NCBI RefSeq assembly: GCF_020614395.1
Contig: NZ_CP085324.1
Location: forward strand, 415,564 to 439,563
DNA: 24,000 nt
DNA from: Salarchaeum japonicum
Lineage (GTDB): Archaea > Halobacteriota > Halobacteria > Halobacteriales > Halobacteriaceae
Direction: 5' to 3'
The notes under the pieces were generated by a model, which did no database searches, was not told where the DNA came from, and saw only the letters and a program-made list of their open reading frames with translations. The position numbers were made by a program, and so were the translations under genes. Shown piece by piece: positions 1 to 5,974 of this stretch; the first letter of the stretch is position 1; every line of letters begins with the position of its first letter.

Positions 1-30
1 GCGCACGTCGTCACGGCCGCCCCGCCGCTC

Positions 31-963
31 GTGGGGGTGACCGTGTCGGCGCTCGGCGCGGCCGTCGGTCTCGCCGTGGCCGCGCTCGGGTACGCGGTGT
101 ACCGCTTCGAGTTCACGGTGCGCCAGACGGCTCGCATCGCGGGGTGGAACCTGCTCGGCGTCGTCGTCATCGCGCTCGCGCTCGCCCTCATCTACGCCTA
201 CCAGGACGCGGTCGGGTCGCCGCCCTCGACGCCCGTGTTCTCGGGGACGGTGCTCGTCGCCATCAGCTCGCTCGCGCACGTCCTCATCGGCATCAACGAC
301 GCGCGCCGCATCCGCGCCGGCGCGCTCGAACGCGAACGCCGCAAGCTCTCCGTGCTCTCCCGGCTGGTGCGTCACGACCTCCGAACCATCAGCCAGTACC
401 TGTACGGGGACGCGAGCCGCGCCCGCGCCGCGGAGACGCAGGCGGAGCGGGACGCGGTCGCGGACGACATCAGGGAGACGGCGGCCGACCTCGGCGGCTT
501 GCACGACAACCTCCAGACGCTCCGCGAACTCGTGGAGACCGACAGCGCGGACGCCGCGCCCGCGGACGTCGCGAGCCTCGTCGCGGACGCGGTGGCGTCG
601 GTGCGCGACGACTACCCGGACGCCGAAATCGACCTCGACGCGCCCGAGTCCGCGCCGGCGCGCGCCGGCGAGTACGTCGCGGACGCCGTGCGCGAACTCG
701 TGGAGAACGCGGTCGAACACACGGACGGCCCCGTGACGGTCGCCGTCACCCGCGAGGACGGCTGGGTGTCCGTCGCGGTGCGGGACGCGGGCGACGGCGT
801 GCCGGAGAGCGAGCGCGAAATCGTGCTCGGCGAGCGCGACATCACGCAGTTGCGGCACGCGAGCGGCCTGGGGCTCTGGGTTGCGAAGTGGGTGGCGGAC
901 GCCTACGACGGCGACCTCTCCTTCGACGACGGCGTCGTCCGCCTGCGGTTCAGAAGTCGCTGA
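31..963 (+). CDS. Membrane sensor histidine kinase. It may be 5'-truncated, because the frame stays open to base 1 of the window.
   Basis: The N-terminal part has three hydrophobic helices. H-box-like 'LSRLVRHDLRT'; N-box 'ELVENAVEH'; G1 'VRDAGDGVP'; G2 'GLGLWVAKW'. These fit HisKA plus HATPase_c. No response regulator gene lies adjacent. Confidence 0.8.
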   Translation: MGVTVSALGAAVGLAVAALGYAVYRFEFTVRQTARIAGWNLLGVVVIALALALIYAYQDAVGSPPSTPVFSGTVLVAISSLAHVLIGINDARRIRAGALERERRKLSVLSRLVRHDLRTISQYLYGDASRARAAETQAERDAVADDIRETAADLGGLHDNLQTLRELVETDSADAAPADVASLVADAVASVRDDYPDAEIDLDAPESAPARAGEYVADAVRELVENAVEHTDGPVTVAVTREDGWVSVAVRDAGDGVPESEREIVLGERDITQLRHASGLGLWVAKWVADAYDGDLSFDDGVVRLRFRSR

Positions 964-1699
964 GTTTCGCGTCCGTCGTCCCCGTCGCGTCCCGGTCGAA
1001 CTCCGCGAGTTCCACGAACTCCAGTCCGGAATCCCGGAGCGCGCGCCGCACGCGCTCCGAGGCGGAGGGCGCGACCAGCATCCCCCTGACTTCGTCGTTG
1101 TCCTCGTAGAGCGAGACGTACCGCTTCAGCTGGTCGAAGTGGTTGAGCGTCGCCTGGATGCGCTTCACCTCGACGACGACGGGGTTGCCCTCCGAGTCGG
1201 TGGCGAAGAAGTCGATGAAGCCGTACTTCGTCTCGCGCTCGTGTTCGACGACTCTCAAACCTTCTTCGAGTTCGTCCGGGTGCGCTTCGATGTAGGCGTG
1301 CATCTCGTCCTCGGTGCCGGACTCCTCGTACTCGGCCGCGTCGTCCGCGTCGTAGCGAGTGACGCCGTAGGCCTCGATGAGGCGGACTTCGACGCGCTCG
1401 CGGGGGTTGACGCGGCGCGCGACGACGACGAGGTCGCCGTCCGACTCGCGGGCGGAGACGGTGCCGCCGGCGGGCATCCAGTTCACGGGCTTGTGGCCGT
1501 CCGGCTGGTGGACGAGCAGGGTGCCGTCGGGCTTGCAGACGAGGAGGCGGTCGCCCGGGCCGAGGTAGCCCGACGTGCGGCCGTCGTACTCGACCTCGCA
1601 CTCGGCCTGCAGCGTCACTATCGCGCCCTCGTGCAGTCCAGTCTCCACGACGTTCGCGAGCGTCTCCGCGTCCGGCGTCTCGTGGTGCTCGGCCGCCAT
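950..1699 (-). CDS. nucS: Endonuclease NucS / EndoMS (mismatch-specific, RecB-like nuclease)
   Basis: 249 aa with an ATG start. The N-terminal beta-barrel region ('GYLGPGDRLLVCKPDGTLLVHQP') and the C-terminal RecB-like nuclease core ('GFIDFFATDSEGNPVVVEVKR') are typical of NucS. It ends in 'KLSDF'. Its 3' end overlaps the kinase 3' end by 14 nt (convergent). Confidence 0.9.
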   Translation of the reverse strand: MAAEHHETPDAETLANVVETGLHEGAIVTLQAECEVEYDGRTSGYLGPGDRLLVCKPDGTLLVHQPDGHKPVNWMPAGGTVSARESDGDLVVVARRVNPRERVEVRLIEAYGVTRYDADDAAEYEESGTEDEMHAYIEAHPDELEEGLRVVEHERETKYGFIDFFATDSEGNPVVVEVKRIQATLNHFDQLKRYVSLYEDNDEVRGMLVAPSASERVRRALRDSGLEFVELAEFDRDATGTTDAKLSDF

Positions 1700-1724
1700 T
1701 CATCGACCGATGGCGCGCGGCCCG

Positions 1725-1730
1725 CTTAAG
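1725..1730 (-). promoter_or_regulatory. TATA-like element (CTTAAG) for a probably leaderless nucS transcript
   Basis: This is the only AT-rich hexamer in the 46-nt rnhB-nucS spacer. It lies 26-31 nt upstream of the nucS ATG at 1699, the same spacing seen at other genes in this window. Confidence 0.35.
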
Positions 1731-1745
1731 GAGTGCGTTCGACGC

Positions 1746-2384
1746 CTAGAACTCGGAGAGCGCCGCCTGCTCGGCCGCCGCCAGCACGTCCTCACAGGTG
1801 CTCCACGACGTCCGCGCACACGCCGGAAGCTCTCCGTGAGCGCGCACGTATTCCGCGAGAAACTCTCTGGTAGTCGGGTCGCTCGGGTAGCCGCTCCCCA
1901 CGTCGCCGTACTCGTCGGCGAGCGCGTCGACGTGCGCGTCCCGCGCGACTTTCGCGACGACGCTCGCCGCTGCCACGATACTGTGGGCGTCGTCCGCGCC
2001 GTGCTCCGCCGTCACCGCGACGTCGCGCTCGGCCGCCTCCATCACTCTGGTCGCGAACCGCTCCTCGGAGGTGTCGCCGGCGTCCACGATACCCCGTCCG
2101 TCGGCGTCCGCGGCGTCGATGGCGGCCGCGTGCGCGTCCACGGTGAGCGTGTTCATGTCCGTCCCGGGGTCGTCGATGCGCTCGACGGGAACCTCCGCGA
2201 CGCCGATACGGACGCCCTCCGTGTCGCGGAGCGCGGCGTCCAGTTCCTCGCGCCACGCGGGCGTGAGTTTCTTCGAGTCCCGCAGGCCCTCGGGGAGTGC
2301 GTCGCTGTCGGCGACGACGCACGCGGCGAACATCGACCCCAGCACCGGGCCCTTCCCGGCCTCGTCCACGCCGAACTTATACAT
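1746..2384 (-). CDS. rnhB: Ribonuclease HII
   Basis: The N-terminus 'MYKFGVDEAGKGPVLGSMF' carries the RNase HII catalytic DEAG(K/R)G motif, and the length (212 aa) is typical. The C-terminal 'QAALSEF' is PIP-box-like. The start overlaps the pus10 stop by 8 nt. Confidence 0.92.
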   Translation of the reverse strand: MYKFGVDEAGKGPVLGSMFAACVVADSDALPEGLRDSKKLTPAWREELDAALRDTEGVRIGVAEVPVERIDDPGTDMNTLTVDAHAAAIDAADADGRGIVDAGDTSEERFATRVMEAAERDVAVTAEHGADDAHSIVAAASVVAKVARDAHVDALADEYGDVGSGYPSDPTTREFLAEYVRAHGELPACARTSWSTCEDVLAAAEQAALSEF

Positions 2385-3657
2385 CGAGGAAGAACTCGTC
2401 GCGCTCGAACGGTTCGTCCTCGCCCGTCACCGACACCACGTCGAGCGCCGTCACGACCGCGCCGGTGTCGAGCAGTCCGGCGAGGCTCGGGGTCGTCCGC
2501 CCCGCGTCGCCGCTCACGAGTTCCTTGATGTAGAGGCCGCCCTCGCCGAGCACTTCGACGGTCGCGTGCGTGTCGTCGTCGAGGTCGCCGGAGATGTCGA
2601 GCACGCGGCGCTCTCGCACCTTGTCCGCGCGGCGGTGGGAGACGCGTTCGGGCGTCCGCTGTTCGATGGTCGCGCCCTCCAGGTCGGCGAGCGCGGCCGC
2701 GAACGCCTCGGACTCGACGGGCGCGTCGAACTCGATTTCGGCGCGGTACGTCTTGTCCGCGTCGTGTTCCTTCACGCGCTCGACCATCTCGTAGGTCGCG
2801 AGCCGCAGTCCCTCGACTTCGGCCTTCCCGCCCGCGAACGCGTTGATTTCGTCTTCGAGGTCGTCGGCGTCGAGCAGGCGCTTCCGGGGGTTCTTCACCT
2901 CGACGACGAACGGCCGCCCCGTCCCCAGCATCAGCGCGTCGATGTCCTCCCGTCCCGCGCCGTGGAACTTCGACTCCGTGCCGTCCATCGCGTCCTCGAC
3001 GACGGGCGCGGTCAACTGCTCGACGCTCAACGGGTACTGGTAGCCCGTTCCCTTGCAGGTCGGACACACCTCGTCGCCGCGCAACCCGCCGCCCCCGCAG
3101 TCGCCGCACGGCCACTCCGTCTGCGGGATGCCGCGCGCGAGCTTCCGATACCGGCCGTAGACGAACGCGGGATTCACCTGCACGTCCACTTCGTCGTCCG
3201 CGAGGTCGACGACCGCGAGCACGTCCGGCCGGTCGAAGTCCACGTCAGCGCCCGTCTTCCGTCCGACGCGCTTGCCGACCTCGCGGTTGAACTCGGACTT
3301 GAACGCCTCGCCCGCATCGGCGTCGAGGCCCGCGGACTCCCGGAGGAGGCGTTCGTTCTCCTCCACGAGCGGCGGCGTCTTCGTCCCGACCTGGTAGGAC
3401 GCGAACTCCGTCCCCGCGAGTTCGTCCGTGATGCGTTCCGCCCACGCGTCGAACTCCCGCGACAACCCCTCGCAGACCCAGCAGTCGTCCGCGGGTTCGT
3501 GCGGGTCGTCGTCGTCGATGGCGACCGCCGTCCGCAACGCCCGGCCGCGTTCGCGGTTCGTCAACCCGAAACTCCTGTCCGCGAAACACCGCCCCAGACA
3601 CGGGTCGCAGACCGGGCCCTCGGCCACGACCGCACGCGCGTCCTCGATAACACTCAT
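2377..3657 (-). CDS. pus10: tRNA pseudouridine(54/55) synthase Pus10
   Basis: I start the gene at the internal ATG at 3657 ('MSVIEDARAVVAEGPVCDPCLGRCF'), giving 426 aa. N-terminal zinc motifs 'CDPC...CWVC' and 'CGDC..CPTC' are present. The catalytic block 'GAGREDIDALMLGTGRPFVVEV' matches the Pus10 signature. The ORF-track extension to 4269 runs antisense through trmY and is Gly/Val/Glu-rich nonsense. Confidence 0.88.
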   Translation of the reverse strand: MSVIEDARAVVAEGPVCDPCLGRCFADRSFGLTNRERGRALRTAVAIDDDDPHEPADDCWVCEGLSREFDAWAERITDELAGTEFASYQVGTKTPPLVEENERLLRESAGLDADAGEAFKSEFNREVGKRVGRKTGADVDFDRPDVLAVVDLADDEVDVQVNPAFVYGRYRKLARGIPQTEWPCGDCGGGGLRGDEVCPTCKGTGYQYPLSVEQLTAPVVEDAMDGTESKFHGAGREDIDALMLGTGRPFVVEVKNPRKRLLDADDLEDEINAFAGGKAEVEGLRLATYEMVERVKEHDADKTYRAEIEFDAPVESEAFAAALADLEGATIEQRTPERVSHRRADKVRERRVLDISGDLDDDTHATVEVLGEGGLYIKELVSGDAGRTTPSLAGLLDTGAVVTALDVVSVTGEDEPFERDEFFLDV

Positions 3658-3729
3658 ACCTCCGTTTTCGGCCGGACGCACACGTAGCCCTTTCGACGCA
3701 CCTTTCCAGTCCCGAGCGAACCCACGGGT

Positions 3730-4323
3730 ATGCGCGAGTTCATCGTCCTCGGCCACGACGCCCCGACGGACGCCGACTTCTCCCTCGATTCGCTCCCGAA
3801 CGCCGGCCGCCTCGACCTCCTCTGCCGCTGCGTCGGCTCCAGCCTCTTCCTCAGTCACGACATCCGCGACGCCGTTCAGGTGCACCTCGTCCTCCGGGAC
3901 GAACTCACCGTGCGCTTCGACTCCCGAACCCTCCGGAACGCCCGGCCCGACGAGCGCAACCTCGCCGGCCTCGTCCGGAACGCCCTCGACCACAAGAACG
4001 AGGCCATCGGCCACCGCGAAGCCGAACCCAGTCCCGGCGTCCACATCTCGAAACGCGGCCTCGAACCCACGCTCGACCGAATCAGCGACCGCGCCACCGT
4101 CGTCCAACTCCACGAGGCCGGCCGGCCGCTCGCCGACGCCGAACCCCCCGAACACCCCGCGTTCGTCCTCTCCGACCACAACGACTTCACCCCCGACGAA
4201 ACCGACCGCATCCAACAGCATGCCGACCAGCGCGTCCGCGTCGGCCCGCACGCCATCCACGCCGACCACACCATCGCCGTCGCGAACAACTACCTCGACA
4301 CCGACGCCTACACCACCTACTAG
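3730..4323 (+). CDS. trmY: tRNA (pseudouridine54-N1)-methyltransferase TrmY (SPOUT, DUF358 family)
   Basis: 'MREFIVLGHDAPT...LPNAGRLDLLCRCVGSSLFLSHDIR' matches the conserved TrmY N-terminal block. The gene is divergent from pus10 with a 72-nt spacer. Confidence 0.85.
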   Translation: MREFIVLGHDAPTDADFSLDSLPNAGRLDLLCRCVGSSLFLSHDIRDAVQVHLVLRDELTVRFDSRTLRNARPDERNLAGLVRNALDHKNEAIGHREAEPSPGVHISKRGLEPTLDRISDRATVVQLHEAGRPLADAEPPEHPAFVLSDHNDFTPDETDRIQQHADQRVRVGPHAIHADHTIAVANNYLDTDAYTTY

Positions 4324-4338
4324 GCCGCTTCGGAAGGG

Positions 4339-4344
4339 TTAAAG
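4339..4344 (+). promoter_or_regulatory. TATA-like box (TTAAAG) of the tRNA-Pro gene
   Basis: An AT-rich hexamer lies 27-32 nt upstream of tRNA position 1 (4371) in an otherwise GC-rich spacer. Confidence 0.4.
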
Positions 4345-4370
4345 GCCGACCAGCCCCTACAAACAAGTGC

Positions 4371-4443
4371 GGGCCGGTGGGGTAGCTTGGTATCCTTCGG
4401 CCTTCGGGTGGCCGTAACCACGATTCAAATTCGTGCCGGCCCA
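4371..4443 (+). tRNA. tRNA-Pro, anticodon CGG. No intron, and CCA is not encoded.
   Basis: Cloverleaf folded by hand. Acceptor GGGCCGG/CCGGCCC; D-arm with A14, G18, G19 and A21; anticodon stem CGGCC/GGCCG with loop TTCGGGT (anticodon CGG); 4-nt variable region; T-arm CACGA-TTCAAAT-TCGTG; discriminator A. An oligo-T run follows. Confidence 0.9.
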
Positions 4444-4447
4444 TTTT
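4444..4447 (+). terminator. Oligo-T run (TTTT) directly after the tRNA-Pro discriminator base
   Basis: TTTT starts one base after the tRNA 3' end. Oligo-T tracts are the established archaeal termination signal. Confidence 0.4.
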
Positions 4448-4546
4448 CACCCCACTTCGCAACGACGAGCGACAGCGAGGAGTCCGTAGTTGGTGTGAGA
4501 AATCACCAAGCGAATTTGAATCAGCGAACAGCTCCGCTGTGAGTGA

Positions 4547-4569
4547 GATTCACCATTCGTGCCGGCCCA
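4547..4569 (+). repeat. Partial direct copy of the tRNA-Pro 3' end (T-arm 3' half plus acceptor 3' strand), att-like
   Basis: ATTCGTGCCGGCCCA at 4555-4569 is identical to tRNA positions 4429-4443. GATTCA at 4547-4552 also matches 4422-4427, with a 1-nt indel between the two blocks. No matching 5' half exists, so this is a fragment, not a gene. Confidence 0.6.
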
Positions 4570-4659
4570 CTTCTCCCGCACTCTACGCCTCCGAGCGATG
4601 CGTCGGTTCGTTCGTGCGTACTTCGCACTTCGTCTACTGTGTGTTTCGTGAGCGGTCTG

Positions 4660-4664
4660 TTTAT
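4660..4664 (+). promoter_or_regulatory. TATA-like element (TTTAT) for the 4690 gene
   Basis: It lies 26-30 nt upstream of the ATG at 4690. This supports the internal ATG over the ORF-track start at 4543, which sits inside the tRNA-derived repeat. Confidence 0.35.
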
Positions 4665-4689
4665 CCGGGGTGGCGGCGGAGGATGGGGT

Positions 4690-5391
4690 ATGGATTCGGA
4701 TTTGTTGAGTGCGGACGCCGCGGTGGAGCGGCGGGACGAGGTTGTGGCGGCGGTGCGGGAGCACGCGGGGGAGTTGGCGCGGTCGCTCGCGCGGCTGGAC
4801 GCCGGGGAGTACGGGCGGCGGTCGTTCCGGGTGGGGGAGGGGGAGTGGACGGTGAAGTACGAGGACGGCGGCCTCGACTTCTTGCGGTTCGAGGGGAAGG
4901 CGGGGTTGGACGTGTACGTCGTGTCCACGAAGCGCGACCCGGAGCCGGAGCCGTTGGCGCGGGCGATGGAGCACTACGGCGGTCTCGTGGCGTCGTTCAA
5001 CGAGTACGTCGAGTCGATGCGGGGGACGCTGGACGCGGTGTCGACGGCGTTCCCGGAGCCGGCGTCTACGAGCGACATCGTCGGGGAGCGCGACCGCATC
5101 GTCTCCGAGATTCGGGACGTGGCCGACCGGATGGCGGGAGAGCTCCACCGGTACGACGGCGGCGATTACGGGTCGTTCGCGAGCCGGGTGGCGGGGACGC
5201 GCTGGGAGCTCAAGTATGCGGAGGGTCGTGCGTCCTACCTGCGGGCGGGCGACGTGTACCTCGTCGGGCAGTACGGGCCGCCGTCCGCGCCGGACGTGCG
5301 TCAGCACGCACCGGACGTGCCGCTGTTCGTGGAGGCGTACAACGACCACGTGCGGGAGTTGAGCGAGTCGCTCGCCACCGTCGAGTTCTGA
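4690..5391 (+). CDS. Hypothetical acidic protein made of two tandem homologous halves
   Basis: 233 aa from the ATG at 4690. GC3-rich codon usage. The internal repeat is clear by eye (see findings). I recognise no family. Confidence 0.7.
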   Translation: MDSDLLSADAAVERRDEVVAAVREHAGELARSLARLDAGEYGRRSFRVGEGEWTVKYEDGGLDFLRFEGKAGLDVYVVSTKRDPEPEPLARAMEHYGGLVASFNEYVESMRGTLDAVSTAFPEPASTSDIVGERDRIVSEIRDVADRMAGELHRYDGGDYGSFASRVAGTRWELKYAEGRASYLRAGDVYLVGQYGPPSAPDVRQHAPDVPLFVEAYNDHVRELSESLATVEF

Positions 5392-5431
5392 CACCACAAT
5401 CACTTTCTCCCGCGTCCGGCTTCACCCGGGT

Positions 5432-5974
5432 ATGACCGAGGAGTTGGCGTGGGAGACGCGTTCGCGGGAGGTGGCGTACTCGTGTCCGGGGTTCGACGTG
5501 GTGCGCGAGGACGTGTCGCTCCCGGACGGCACGGAGACCGATTTCGATTACTTGAGCGAGCCGCCGGCGGTCGTGGTGTTGCCGTTCACCGAGGACGGCG
5601 AGGTCGTGGTCGTGGAGGAGTGGCGGCAGGCGGTCGGGCGCGTGAACCGCGGGCTTCCCGCGGGCGGCACGGAGCCCGAGGACGCCGACGACCTGGCGGC
5701 GGCGGCGCGCCGCGAACTCCGCGAGGAGACCGGCTACGAGGCGGACTCTCTCGAACCGCTCACGACCGTCGAACCGGCGAACGGGTACGCGGACTCCGTC
5801 CACCACCACTTCGTCGCGCGCGGCTGCACGCCCACCGGGGAGCAAGACCTCGACCACGACGAGACCATCCGCGTCGATACTGCGGCGTTCGACGACCTCG
5901 TCGCGGCCGCGGCCGCCGGTGACGTGCGGGACGCGCGCACGGTCGTCGGCGTCCTCACCTACCACGTCTCCTGA
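5432..5974 (+). CDS. Nudix hydrolase (ADP-ribose pyrophosphatase-like)
   Basis: Nudix box 'GGTEPEDADDLAAAARRELREETGYE' (G..E...REL.EETG). 180 aa. The 3' end overlaps the convergent gene by 16 nt. Confidence 0.88.
   Translation: MTEELAWETRSREVAYSCPGFDVVREDVSLPDGTETDFDYLSEPPAVVVLPFTEDGEVVVVEEWRQAVGRVNRGLPAGGTEPEDADDLAAAARRELREETGYEADSLEPLTTVEPANGYADSVHHHFVARGCTPTGEQDLDHDETIRVDTAAFDDLVAAAAAGDVRDARTVVGVLTYHVS

Noticed and set aside
144-1729. Plus-strand ORFs 144..1109 and 881..1729, and minus-strand ORF 903..1703
   Set aside because: These are alternative frames of the histidine kinase and nucS genes. They are Arg-rich and carry no motifs.
3658-4269. N-terminal 204-aa extension of the Pus10 ORF (track start at 4269)
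   Set aside because: The extension is Gly/Val/Glu/Ala-rich, lies antisense to the clearly conserved trmY gene, and would remove the divergent promoter. The ATG at 3657 gives a normal-length Pus10 beginning just before its zinc motif.
4187-4462. 91-aa minus-strand ORF and the 4447..5403 / 4521..4928 minus-strand ORFs
   Set aside because: The first runs antisense through trmY and the tRNA gene. The others are antisense to the two-repeat protein and have Arg/Pro-rich composition.
4444-4570. Box C/D sRNA, tRNA intron or second tRNA gene downstream of tRNA-Pro
   Set aside because: The tRNA folds completely without an intron. I found only weak, badly spaced C/D-like boxes (a UGAU and a CUGA on the minus strand). 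There is also no 5' acceptor half for the second 3' fragment. I treat the region as a recombination scar or unknown RNA instead.
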